A DNA stretch of 64,000 nucleotides from an uncultured Clostridia bacterium (lineage in GTDB: Bacteria; Bacillota; Clostridia; Christensenellales; UBA1242), in NCBI GenBank assembly GCA_944383915.1, contig CALWRJ010000013.1, positions 28,743 to 92,742 of the forward strand. The letters run 5' to 3'. Below the pieces are notes generated by a model. The model ran no database searches. It was not told the origin of the DNA and saw nothing but the letters and a program-made list of their open reading frames with translations. Below, piece by piece: positions 1 through 9,321 of this stretch. A program made the translations under genes and the position numbers. Position 1 is the stretch's first letter. The number at the start of each line of letters is the position of its first letter.

Positions 1-394
1 TTTTTACAGCTTCTAAAACAAGACAGCGCATCATCGAAATGGTATTTAAAGAATCAACTATTTCAATCTCACTATAATCTGATTCGTTTCTATATAAACA
101 AGCATTACCGTAGGTGCCAGCCATTTTAGATGAAATAGGGATAACAAGCATACTATCTCCACTCTTTTTTACTTCCTCAAATCTTTCTATAAACTCAAGG
201 GGGTTAGGCTGGGAAGTGGTAGGCAACTCTTTTGCTTGTAATAACATTTCATAAAATTTATCAGCAGTTATATCTATACCATCTTTATATGTGTCATTGC
301 CAAAATTGACAGATAGGGGAATAACTTCTATATTCAACTTTTTAGCTTCCACTTGTGTAATATCACATGATGAATCTGCTACTATTCTTAACAT
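1..394 (-). CDS. DegV family fatty-acid-binding protein (runs off the window edge)
   Basis: Manual translation MLRIVADSSCDI...IPLSVNFG..TYKDGIDI...LPTTSQPNP...ISSKMAGTY gives DegV motifs; AGGAG RBS upstream. Confidence 0.9.
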   Translation of the reverse strand, partial: MLRIVADSSCDITQVEAKKLNIEVIPLSVNFGNDTYKDGIDITADKFYEMLLQAKELPTTSQPNPLEFIERFEEVKKSGDSMLVIPISSKMAGTYGNACLYRNESDYSEIEIVDSLNTISMMRCLVLEAVK

Positions 395-763
395 AATACT
401 CCTTTAGTCCTTGTTTTTTTAAATTTATATAATTTTACTATGCTATTTTGTTAGTAGTAAAATATAATAAATTTTATACTTTTTTAAAAATTTTGTCAAA
501 TAATTTTAAGGGTGAATAAGGCGTAATTTAAATTACTAAAAAGGTAAAATTAATAAGTTTGCTGTTTTAAATATAAAAATATAATTGAATAATTATACGC
601 AATATGTTTATTACTAAAGTGTAATTTAACAGACTTTATATAAAAATTAAATACTATGCACAAGTACTATGCATAGTATTATGCAATAAATTAATTTATA
701 ATTATAAATAAATATGTATAAAAATAAAATCAAGCTAGAGCCTGATTTTTACTTTTTAAAATA

Positions 764-1975
764 TTATCTATTTAATTCTACATTTGGTTTTTGTGGTTTG
801 CAGGGTTGAGAGCAAACGCATTTGTAGTCTGGAAAATCGCGCCTGTGCTTCCCATTACCATATCTTTCTTTTAGAATATTTGCAAGTTGCTTATCATAAC
901 TTTCTAAACCGTCAAATATCTTATCAGCCATTTCATAAGTTAGATTTTTTATTTCCTCTTGTGCGTGCTCACAACAACGCTCTTTCATTTTCATAACAAA
1001 TGACGCAACGCCAGGTTCGCCATTTTGTTGAATGTCAAGAAGTTGTCCAGACTCTTGTACATTAAACATTCTTGCTTGTGGTACATTATTTAAATTTTTA
1101 ATTTTATCTTGCCACTCGTCTTGTAGTTCCAACTCTTTTACAATAGGAGGTACATAGTATTCAGCACTTTCAGGTATTCCTAGTTTTAAGTATGTTGGAC
1201 GGTGTCTTTGTAATTGCGCTACTGCAACAGCCGAGGCCTTATAGTTTACTTCGTAAGTCGTGCCAAAGTGTTCAGGCCTAATTTTGTTATCCCCAAACAA
1301 ATTAAATGAGCGTTTGTAAGGGTCTGTGAGTTTTGGGTTAATAAGCGGTTCATCTAAAATTGTCATATCATCTAATTGTTTACAAAATTCTTTCATTTCT
1401 GGAATTACTAACTTCTCGTACATATTTAAGTCTTTCTTTGAAATCAAATCTTGCGCCCAACCATATATATAATTAATTTGCCTTAAAGATACTCCGTGGG
1501 TTATGTTTGTTTTTGCATCAACGCCTGTAATATATCGCGCGTTTTCAAGTGCAATTTGTTTTTTCTGTCTTGTTGGACTATTGGGATATTTTAATTCAGC
1601 GTGATTATAAAACTTTTCATAAAAATAATCGAAAACCGCTTTTTCTTTGGGAGGAAGGACTAATTCTTTGTGCCTGCCGCTTGTTTCCTCAGTTGAATAT
1701 GTGTGCAAGTTGTTTAAGTACATACAAAATATTTTTGATACATCATCAATTTCAATAACTAAGTTGTACATATCATAACCACTGTGGTGGCGCTCTAAAA
1801 GCGTTCGTCCTTGTCTTTTTAAGGTTGTTTCAAGAGTTTCTGTAGTCATTTGTTTAAGGGGGTCATTTGAAACACAAGTTGCCATCGTTTTTGCGCAAAA
1901 TTGATAGGGCGTATCTACATTGTTATTTTCATTATGCAGGTAAGATTCAGTTGCGCCAATTAAAGTTATTTTCAT
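764..1975 (-). CDS. thyX: FAD-dependent thymidylate synthase ThyX-like protein, tandem two-domain form
   Basis: ThyX-like motifs ENARYI, SLRQ, AQLQRHR, ERCC..AQEEI; about twice the usual ThyX length. Confidence 0.7.
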   Translation of the reverse strand: MKITLIGATESYLHNENNNVDTPYQFCAKTMATCVSNDPLKQMTTETLETTLKRQGRTLLERHHSGYDMYNLVIEIDDVSKIFCMYLNNLHTYSTEETSGRHKELVLPPKEKAVFDYFYEKFYNHAELKYPNSPTRQKKQIALENARYITGVDAKTNITHGVSLRQINYIYGWAQDLISKKDLNMYEKLVIPEMKEFCKQLDDMTILDEPLINPKLTDPYKRSFNLFGDNKIRPEHFGTTYEVNYKASAVAVAQLQRHRPTYLKLGIPESAEYYVPPIVKELELQDEWQDKIKNLNNVPQARMFNVQESGQLLDIQQNGEPGVASFVMKMKERCCEHAQEEIKNLTYEMADKIFDGLESYDKQLANILKERYGNGKHRRDFPDYKCVCSQPCKPQKPNVELNR

Positions 1976-2089
1976 TTGTCTACTCCTTTAAGTTTTTTGC
2001 AGTATATCAACAAATCAAAAATTTGTCAACGATATTTCGCTATACAAAATTAACAAAAAAAGAAAGGCGAGCAGCCCTTCTTAAAATTT

Positions 2090-2581
2090 CTATTTTTTTG
2101 TTGCAAGATAGCCGAATACCGAAGTAACTAGCATACCAACAACACCAAGCCAGAATCCAATACCACATGAAAGTTGTGTGCTTGCAATTCCAATATCACC
2201 ACTAGCGGCATTACTTGCAAATACAAGACCACAAATTAATGTAGCGATAAATAGCAATAACTCTAAAACTGCAATTATTTTGTTGATTTTTGAAATGTCT
2301 GCTTTAATTACATTACATGCTTTTAGAACATACAAAATCATATAAATAGCAGCCAAAGCCAAGCCAATTACAAACATAACATTTACAGCCATTGAAAGTC
2401 CGTCTGCTTCCGCAAAATCTTGAAATAGGTATATAGATAGACTGCCACCGATACCTATTACTTCACCTGATCTTTCAAAAATACTTAAAAATGTTGGAAA
2501 AATGAGTAAAACAAGCCCTGCAAGTGTTAAAATTCCCCAAATAATGCCAAGCAATGAATTGTTTGATTTTTTCTTTGCCAT
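2090..2581 (-). CDS. Hypothetical 4-TM membrane protein
   Basis: Four hydrophobic segments; GGAGG RBS before ATG at 2581. Confidence 0.75.
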   Translation of the reverse strand: MAKKKSNNSLLGIIWGILTLAGLVLLIFPTFLSIFERSGEVIGIGGSLSIYLFQDFAEADGLSMAVNVMFVIGLALAAIYMILYVLKACNVIKADISKINKIIAVLELLLFIATLICGLVFASNAASGDIGIASTQLSCGIGFWLGVVGMLVTSVFGYLATKK

Positions 2582-2745
2582 AGTAAACCTCCTCGCGTAC
2601 AATGATAAAGTAAAAAAAATTAAAAGTCAAACATATATCATTATTTTGCTCATCTTTAACAAAATTATTATTTTGTTTAAAAATTTTCGTTTTATTGTTT
2701 TAAATATTGTACTTTTAATCATCGACAAGTTTTGCATCTATTATT

Positions 2746-3319
2746 AAAAAGGGTTCCAGCCGGTCCATACCTTGCTTGTGTCTATCCGCGGACTAAAGCC
2801 CTTGCGGTAGACCACTGTGCAAAGCACTACAACATTAAGTTTGGTATCTTTTATTTAAAAGGGTCCCAGCCGGCTTAAAAGCTTGCTTGTTGTCTATCCG
2901 CGGGCTAAAGCCCTTGCGGTAGACTACTGCGCAAGCCACTCATAAAACTACGCATCTACGATGCTAAAAGTATTCGTTCTTTTTTATGCTTATATGCAAA
3001 CATAACGCAATAAAAAAAAGAACGAACCCTTTTTCGCTAAAATGAATTTTAGCGAAGTTTTATTCGTTCTCCTTGATTTGTGGTGGGAGACAATGGACTC
3101 GAACCATCGACCTCAAAGACGAAACTCGCAACCGACAAAACACACATAAAAAGCGAAAAGAAACAAAGGTAATACTCTTGCAAACCGCCCTGCTTTTGCT
3201 CGTTATCGCGTGAGGTCTATCACTTGTAACAAACAAAAAAAGAGCGTCAAACAAGGAGTATTGCTTGTTGTCTATCCGCGGGCAAAGCCCTTGCGGTAGA
3301 CTACTGCGCAAGCCACTCA
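2746..3319 (-). repeat. Three copies of a ~60-nt hairpin repeat (TTGCTTGTTGTCTATCCGCGGGCTAAAGCCCTTGCGGTAGACTACTGCGCAAGCCACT) at ~2772, 2883 and 3261
   Basis: Direct comparison; copies 1 and 2 also share AAAAGGGTYCCAGCCGG (110-bp period). Confidence 0.95.
3064..3115 (-). repeat. Exact 52-bp duplicate of the tRNA-Ile 3' 35 nt plus 17 nt of trailer (att-like)
   Basis: Identical to 3449-3500. Confidence 0.95.
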
Positions 3320-3465
3320 CTTCATCTTACGCAAATGACAAGCATTTGCTAATATCCTTGCTCCTTTGTTCCGCTTATGTGCAAGCACAACGCGAAAACA
3401 AAAAAGCAAGTCTATTTACGCAAAAAAATTTTTTGCGTAAAGATTCGCTCGTTCTCCTTGATTTG

Positions 3466-3542
3466 TGGTGGGAGACAATGGACTCGAACCATCGACCTCA
3501 CGCTTATCAGGCGTGTGCTCTAACCAGCTGAGCTAGCCTCCC
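3466..3542 (-). tRNA. tRNA-Ile(GAU)
   Basis: GGGAGGCTAGCTCAGCTGGTTAGAGCACACGCCTGATAAGCGTGAGGTCGATGGTTCGAGTCCATTGTCTCCCACCA; cloverleaf, encoded CCA. Confidence 0.97.
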
Positions 3543-3605
3543 GAAAATAAAAGGAGTTGAAAAATTAAAGTTTATGGGACTACAAGTTGTCTTATAATCC
3601 CATAA

Positions 3606-3682
3606 TGGTGGAGATGAAGGGATTCGAACCCTTGACCCCCTGCTTGCAAGGCAGGTGCTCTAGCCAGCTGAGCTACACCCCC
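3606..3682 (-). tRNA. tRNA-Ala(UGC)
   Basis: GGGGGTGTAGCTCAGCTGGCTAGAGCACCTGCCTTGCAAGCAGGGGGTCAAGGGTTCGAATCCCTTCATCTCCACCA. Confidence 0.97.
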
Positions 3683-3712
3683 AAGGTGTCATTTTCCAAT
3701 TGTGACTTTTTT

Positions 3713-3741
3713 ATTCTATCATTATTTTTCTATATTGTCAA
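3713..3741 (-). promoter_or_regulatory. Sigma-A promoter for the tRNA-Ala/Ile unit
   Basis: TTGACA-N17-TAGAAT with TG extension on the minus strand. Confidence 0.7.
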
Positions 3742-3977
3742 CAAAAAATTTGTAAAAAATAAAAAAATTTAACTCTATAAAAAAACGCAAAAAAATTATT
3801 TTTATATTCTATATAATATATAATATCGCATTGAAAAGTATTAGTATCAATTTGATAAAATTTGTCATATATAATTTTATTGCCATCTAATTTTTTTAAA
3901 AAAAGCCTTAAATTTAATTGCTAAAATTGTCGATTTATTGTAAAATAAGTTTATACTTTATTAAAAGGAGAGTATTT

Positions 3978-4826
3978 ATGGAAACAAAGAAAGTTTCGAG
4001 CGGTTTTAAAAACTGGCTCAAGGTTTTATGTGTAGCGCTTGCTGCAATTCCGTGTATGTTTTTACTTACTGCTTGTGGCGGTGAAACGATTGAGCAGGAC
4101 GAAGCATTATTAGCACTAGCAGCAGCGCAAACTACTATGGATGCTGACGAGACAAACACTTTTACTATTACTATGGAGCAACGTTTAAATGGTGGTGCAA
4201 GCGGTGTAAATGCTGATATGAATGTTAAAAACACTATCGCCGTTTACACTGATGCTAGCGGAAATGTAACAGCTCGAGTTCAAGCCAACGGTACCGTAAG
4301 GGGCGAGTTAAGTTCTTACATTGACATTGATGCTAATCTTAATGCTGACTACAAGGTTGCTACAATTGATGGCGTAAACTACTTCATTAACGAAAATGAA
4401 AAGACTTATGAAGTGGCAGGTGTGTCTGACTACAGTGATATGATATCATTTGGTAGTTACGCGAGTGCTGTTGACTTTATTAATGCAAGTATGCTAGTTG
4501 ATGCTGAGGGTGTAGATATTGCGACTGATTTAAAGAAAATGGGTGAAAATGATTACAACCTTAGATTTACAATCACAACAACAACTTCTTTGGCTGATGT
4601 TGACACAACTACAACTACTGTTTACTACTACGAAATTAGAGATTCTAAAATTACTAAATTCCAAAACACTGCAACTATGAGTTCAGACGAAGGTAATGCA
4701 ACACAGGAAATGATTCTTACTTTCGACTACACAAATCGTTCAGTTTCTGCTCCAACAAGTATTGAAGGTTACGAGGTAGGTTCAGTTTACTTTGATATGA
4801 GTGACCTCGGCAATATTATGCCTTAA
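3978..4826 (+). CDS. Lipoprotein, unknown function
   Basis: AGGAG RBS; signal peptide with LLTAC lipobox; beta-rich acidic body. Confidence 0.85.
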   Translation: METKKVSSGFKNWLKVLCVALAAIPCMFLLTACGGETIEQDEALLALAAAQTTMDADETNTFTITMEQRLNGGASGVNADMNVKNTIAVYTDASGNVTARVQANGTVRGELSSYIDIDANLNADYKVATIDGVNYFINENEKTYEVAGVSDYSDMISFGSYASAVDFINASMLVDAEGVDIATDLKKMGENDYNLRFTITTTTSLADVDTTTTTVYYYEIRDSKITKFQNTATMSSDEGNATQEMILTFDYTNRSVSAPTSIEGYEVGSVYFDMSDLGNIMP

Positions 4827-4875
4827 ATTTAGTTAGACAGTTTTAGTAATTTAACTTTAAATTTTAGTAAAAATT

Positions 4876-4908
4876 AACAAAGAGCAAAACCACCGCTCTT
4901 TGTTTTTT
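4876..4908 (+). terminator. Intrinsic terminator
   Basis: AACAAAGAGC...GCTCTTTGTT followed by a T run. Confidence 0.7.
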
Positions 4909-5026
4909 ATTTGAAAAATTTGAATAATTAATTTTGTGCTTTTTCGTAATCAAATATTAAAAAAGGCATAAAAAAGAAGCACTTCTATAAAGTACTCTTA
5001 AAATGTACATTATAAAGTGCTACTTT

Positions 5027-5893
5027 TTAGTATTTGCTGTGGAAGGTTAGGGCGACACATTTTCCGCCTACCAAGATTGCATTATTTAGTGAAAGTGGAA
5101 CAAGCCTAATCTCGTTTTCGTTGACTAACTCGCGGAATTTATTATACAGCGCTTGTGCATCTTTGTCCGCATCAAAACTTACAATACTAAAAGTATAATC
5201 TGCGATATTTTGTCCATTTTCTTTTACATTACTATAAAGTTTTGAAACAGCCGAACGGAATGACTTCGTCTTATCAAGTACTTTAAATTTCCCGTTTGTG
5301 TCTATGCTTAAAATAGGCTTCATATTGAGCGATGCACCAGCAAAATTTTCCATAGTAGTATTAAAAACCTGGCTGGCTTTTACGCCGTCTGCGCTATCTA
5401 CCGCTACAATACTTACAAATTTTCCTATTAATGTTTCTGCAAAATCAAGCGCGGCGTCTATATCATTTTCCTTTTTGTATACCAAATGCGCCATTGCCGC
5501 AATCTCACTTGCACCGCGCGAAACGGTTAGGGTGTCGACTAGAATTGCAAGCCTAGCAGGGTATTTTTTGTTTAAGCTTGCAAAAACCTTTTTAATCGTT
5601 GTTCCACCGTCCAAAAACAATTTCGTAGACACCGAAAAATAGACAACATCGTTGCCGGCCTCAAGCTCTTTTTCAAAAAAAGCATACCATTCATCATAAG
5701 TTAACGGGATAATGATGTATTTCTTATCCTTAATATCTAGCGCAATTTTATCCATATCTGCATTTTTAGGGTAGCCTTCAAAGAAAAATTCGCGCTTGCC
5801 TTTTTTAATTTTACTAGGTACAAGATACATACCGCATTTTTTAAGTTCGTCACCGAACATATCAGCGTACGCATCGACAAAGAATTTTACCAT
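5027..5893 (-). CDS. Divergent DegV family protein
   Basis: VVYFSVSTKL, VDTLTVSRG, LNMKPILS and similar DegV-like motifs; 288 aa. Confidence 0.75.
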   Translation of the reverse strand: MVKFFVDAYADMFGDELKKCGMYLVPSKIKKGKREFFFEGYPKNADMDKIALDIKDKKYIIIPLTYDEWYAFFEKELEAGNDVVYFSVSTKLFLDGGTTIKKVFASLNKKYPARLAILVDTLTVSRGASEIAAMAHLVYKKENDIDAALDFAETLIGKFVSIVAVDSADGVKASQVFNTTMENFAGASLNMKPILSIDTNGKFKVLDKTKSFRSAVSKLYSNVKENGQNIADYTFSIVSFDADKDAQALYNKFRELVNENEIRLVPLSLNNAILVGGKCVALTFHSKY

Positions 5894-5956
5894 TTTTTGC
5901 CTCCAATATAAAAATTATATCACGATTAAACGATTTAAGTCAACGAAAAATAGTCA

Positions 5957-6496
5957 TTAGAAAAATTTTGTGTAAACTTTCTCGTTTTGCTTTACTTTTA
6001 CTAGGTAATAGTTAGTTGCGGGGAAGGGGGTGCTATCTAGTTTTATGCCGTTTTGACTGTACTTGGTGTCCAAAAGCCAAGTTGAAACATTGTTAGGCCC
6101 TGCATTGTACGCGCAAATTGCGGTGTCGATGTCGTTAAATTGCTTTATAAGTTTACTTATGTAGGCAGTTCCAATCTCGATATTAAATTCAGGTTCGAAT
6201 AATTTTACTTCATTATATTCTAAATCAATGGTATTTGCGACATATTCGGCAGTGCTCGGCATAATTTGCATTAAACCAACAGCACCCACTTTCGAAACCG
6301 CAGTATTTTTAAAACCACTTTCAGCATTAATTATTCCCGCAATTAACGAGGGAGGAACATCGTATTCATTTGCGTATTTTATAATAATGTCTTTGTATTT
6401 TAGCGGAAAAAAGTACAAAAAAACGCCTATTAAAAGGGCGCAAACAAGCACTATTAAAACGACAAAAATTATCAAACCGCGCGCAATTTTATCCAT
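5957..6496 (-). CDS. Lytic transglycosylase (SLT domain)
   Basis: IINAES, GAVGLMQIMP, AYNAG motifs; N-terminal TM. Confidence 0.92.
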   Translation of the reverse strand: MDKIARGLIIFVVLIVLVCALLIGVFLYFFPLKYKDIIIKYANEYDVPPSLIAGIINAESGFKNTAVSKVGAVGLMQIMPSTAEYVANTIDLEYNEVKLFEPEFNIEIGTAYISKLIKQFNDIDTAICAYNAGPNNVSTWLLDTKYSQNGIKLDSTPFPATNYYLVKVKQNEKVYTKFF

Positions 6497-6567
6497 AATA
6501 ATATTATATATAGTTTAGTAATTTTTCATACAAAAATTTTACTTTAAAATAATTTTTGCGTTTTTGT

Positions 6568-6622
6568 GTTGACAAAGTAAAACTTTTGATTTATAATAGA
6601 TGTAAAGTAGAAATACTTTACA
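6568..6622 (+). promoter_or_regulatory. Sigma-A promoter plus palindrome TGTAAAGTA-GAAA-TACTTTACA upstream of ylxM
   Basis: TTGACA...TATAAT followed by a 22-bp inverted repeat at 6601-6622; candidate autoregulatory site (inference). Confidence 0.6.
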
Positions 6623-6641
6623 GCGATTGCGAGGTGTGATT

Positions 6642-6992
6642 TTGAATATAGAACAACTTGTAAAAGCGAGTGTTTTGCTTGATTTTTATGGTGGTATTCT
6701 TACGGAAAATCAGCGCCGTATTGCTAAAAGTTACCTAGATTACAACGCAAGTTTATCTGAAATTGCGGAGAATTTAGGCACAACTAGGCAAGCGGTTAGT
6801 GATGTACTTCATAGGACACTAAAAAGGCTAAATGAAGTCGAGTCTAAACTTCGGCTGTATGCTAAATACCAGCGAATTTTAAACGAGATTCCAAAAGTAG
6901 CCGAGCAAGTATCAAGTAAAAGTACATTGATTATTAGTGAAGAGTACACTAAATTATTTAAGACTTTGGAGGACGATTATGGCAATGTTTGA
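6642..6992 (+). CDS. ylxM: YlxM family DNA-binding/SRP-associated protein
   Basis: LLDFYG.ILT..Q, SLSEIAE, TRQAV motifs; upstream of ffh; TTG start after GAGGTG. Confidence 0.92.
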   Translation: MNIEQLVKASVLLDFYGGILTENQRRIAKSYLDYNASLSEIAENLGTTRQAVSDVLHRTLKRLNEVESKLRLYAKYQRILNEIPKVAEQVSSKSTLIISEEYTKLFKTLEDDYGNV

Positions 6993-8298
6993 AGGCTTAT
7001 CTCAAAGGCTAAATCATATTTTTAGCAAAATGACTCAACGAGGCAAATTGACAGAACTTGAAATCAACCAAGCGATGCGCGAGATAAGGATTGCGCTACT
7101 TGAGGCTGATGTAAATTATTCTGTTGCTAAAGACTTTATCGCGCGAGTTAGCGAAAAAGCAAAGGGTGAAGAGGTTATGAAAAGCCTAACACCTGGGCAA
7201 CAAGTTATTAAAATTGTTCGTGACGAACTCGTTTCGCTAATGGGCAGTACACAGACAAAACTTGATTTATCAGGCACTCCGCCAGCAGTTATTATGATGT
7301 GCGGACTCCAAGGTGCAGGTAAAACTACTCTTTGTGGCAAACTTGCCGCTTACTTAAAGGGACAGGGTAAAAAAGTTTTGCTTGCCGCGTGCGATATTTA
7401 CCGAAACGCAGCAATCGACCAACTTAAAATCGTAGGTAAAAACGCCAATGTCGAAGTTTTCGAGCGTGGCACACAAGACCCTATTAAAACGGCTACGCAA
7501 GCAATCGAACACGCAAAACAGCAAAATCTTGATGTTGTAATTATCGATACCGCTGGTAGACTTCATATTGATGAAAATATGATGGACGAGTTAAAGCGAA
7601 TGAAAGAGGCTGTTCATCCTAGCGAAATTTTGTTTACGATTGATGCAATGACAGGACAAGACGCGGTGAATGTCGCAAAAGAATTTGACTCGCAACTTGA
7701 TGTTACAGGTATCGTTGTAACCAAACTTGATGGTGATACTCGAGGCGGCGTAGCACTTTCGGTAAAAGCGGTAACAGGCAAACCTATCAAGTTCTGTGGT
7801 GTCGGTGAAAAGCAAGGCGATTTAGAGCCTTTCTATCCCGATAGAATGGCAAACCGTATACTCGGTATGGGCGATGTGCTAACTTTAATAGAAAAAGCAC
7901 AAAACGCCGTTGACGAACAAGAAATGGAGCGTATGCAAAAATCTATTAGAGAAAACACATTCACTCTACAAGATTATTTGGTACAAGTTGAAAGCCTCAA
8001 AAAAATGGGCGACATCAACGCGCTTATGGATATGATACCAGGGCTACGCAATAAATTAGGTGGTGTCAAAATTGACGAAAGCGAGATTGCAAGAAACAAA
8101 GCAATTATCCAATCAATGACACCAGCCGAACGCTTCGACCCTGATATCATAAAAGCCAGCCAGAAAAAGCGAATTGCACAAGGCAGTGGTACAACTATTC
8201 AAGAAGTAAACACGCTACTTAAATCATTTGCTCAAAGTAAGGATATGATGCGTTCGCTCGGTGGCAAAAAGAAAAAAGGTAAATTTCCGTTTTTCTAA
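6979..8298 (+). CDS. ffh: Signal recognition particle protein
   Basis: GLQGAGKTT, DTAGR, TKLDGD, RILGMGD. Confidence 0.98.
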   Translation: MAMFEGLSQRLNHIFSKMTQRGKLTELEINQAMREIRIALLEADVNYSVAKDFIARVSEKAKGEEVMKSLTPGQQVIKIVRDELVSLMGSTQTKLDLSGTPPAVIMMCGLQGAGKTTLCGKLAAYLKGQGKKVLLAACDIYRNAAIDQLKIVGKNANVEVFERGTQDPIKTATQAIEHAKQQNLDVVIIDTAGRLHIDENMMDELKRMKEAVHPSEILFTIDAMTGQDAVNVAKEFDSQLDVTGIVVTKLDGDTRGGVALSVKAVTGKPIKFCGVGEKQGDLEPFYPDRMANRILGMGDVLTLIEKAQNAVDEQEMERMQKSIRENTFTLQDYLVQVESLKKMGDINALMDMIPGLRNKLGGVKIDESEIARNKAIIQSMTPAERFDPDIIKASQKKRIAQGSGTTIQEVNTLLKSFAQSKDMMRSLGGKKKKGKFPFF

Positions 8299-8336
8299 AA
8301 CGAAAATTATATAATTAAATTATTAAGGAGAAAATT

Positions 8337-8714
8337 ATGGCAGTTAAAATTAGACTTGCTCGCTTAGGCGACAAAAAATCACCATTCTACCGTATGGTTG
8401 TTGCAGACTCTCGTTGTGCAAGAAACGGTAAGTTTATCGAAAATTTAGGTACTTATGACCCTCTTAAAAACCCTGCTGAGTTAAAACTCAACAAGGAACG
8501 CGTTCAATATTGGTTGGGCGTTGGTGCTACACCAACAGATACCGCTCGCGAACTTTTAGTTAAAGATGGCATTTTGGCACAAAAACCTTATGTTGCACCT
8601 CGTCCAAAGAAAATGCCACCAGCACCAAAAGCAAAAGCGGAAAATGCAGATGCATCTACTGAAAACGCAGAAGGTGAAGCAAGCGCAGAAACAAGCACAG
8701 AAGCAAGTGCATAA
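8337..8714 (+). CDS. rpsP: 30S ribosomal protein S16 with Pro/Ala/Glu-rich C-terminal extension
   Basis: MAVKIRL.R.G.KK.PFYR.VVADSR. Confidence 0.97.
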   Translation: MAVKIRLARLGDKKSPFYRMVVADSRCARNGKFIENLGTYDPLKNPAELKLNKERVQYWLGVGATPTDTARELLVKDGILAQKPYVAPRPKKMPPAPKAKAENADASTENAEGEASAETSTEASA

Positions 8715-8817
8715 TTTTAGCCTAAAAGATGGACTTTTTATCTAATTTTTGATAAAATTGTTTTAGGCTCAAATATATTCGAGAGCCGAACGCTCTCGTT
8801 TTTTGTAGGAGAAGGTA

Positions 8818-9321
8818 ATGAAAGTAACACTTGGTAAAATTCTAAAACCGCAGGGAATAAAAGGAGAAGTAAAGGTTTTGCCTTTGTCAAATCCCGATTT
8901 TTTTAAAAAAATTTCGCTTGTAACGATAAATAACAAAGAAGCGAGTATCGAAAGCGCAAGCGTTCGTGACGGCTTTGTGTATATCAAATTTGATTGCATT
9001 AACGATAGAAATACAGCCGAGAGTTATCGAGATGCCGAGATTTGCGCGGAAAAAGATGCTTTGCCTGATTTGGAAAACGGTCAATTTTATTATGACGATT
9101 TAATTGGCTGTCAAGTATATTATCCAAATGGCGAACTAATCGGCGAAATTATAGACATTCAAAATTATGGCAATGCTGATATTTTTGAAATTCACAAAGG
9201 TTTTAGCAATATTTTGTGCCCGTATATAGACGGAGTGTTTACAGAAATCGATACAAAGAAAAAACGCATTGTTGTAGACGAAAAGCGCTACCGTGAGGTT
9301 ACAGAATATGATGAAAATTGA
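8818..9321 (+). CDS. rimM: 16S rRNA processing protein RimM
   Basis: GKILKPQGIKGEVKV, FYYDDLIG; synteny. Confidence 0.95.
   Translation: MKVTLGKILKPQGIKGEVKVLPLSNPDFFKKISLVTINNKEASIESASVRDGFVYIKFDCINDRNTAESYRDAEICAEKDALPDLENGQFYYDDLIGCQVYYPNGELIGEIIDIQNYGNADIFEIHKGFSNILCPYIDGVFTEIDTKKKRIVVDEKRYREVTEYDEN

Noticed and set aside
649-681. Inverted repeat AATACTATGCA..TGCATAGTATT as a novel element
   Set aside because: Single copy downstream of thyX; explicable as a terminator-like hairpin.
3081-3115. Second tRNA-Ile gene
   Set aside because: Only the 3' 35 nt are present; no D arm or anticodon loop.
2746-3319. CRISPR array
   Set aside because: Repeats are ~60 nt, only three, irregularly spaced (about 110 and 380 bp), with structured homologous spacers and no cas genes.
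3060-3772. ORFs 3060-3320, 3265-3531 and 3587-3772
   Set aside because: They overlap tRNAs and structured repeats and have no RBS; likely spurious.
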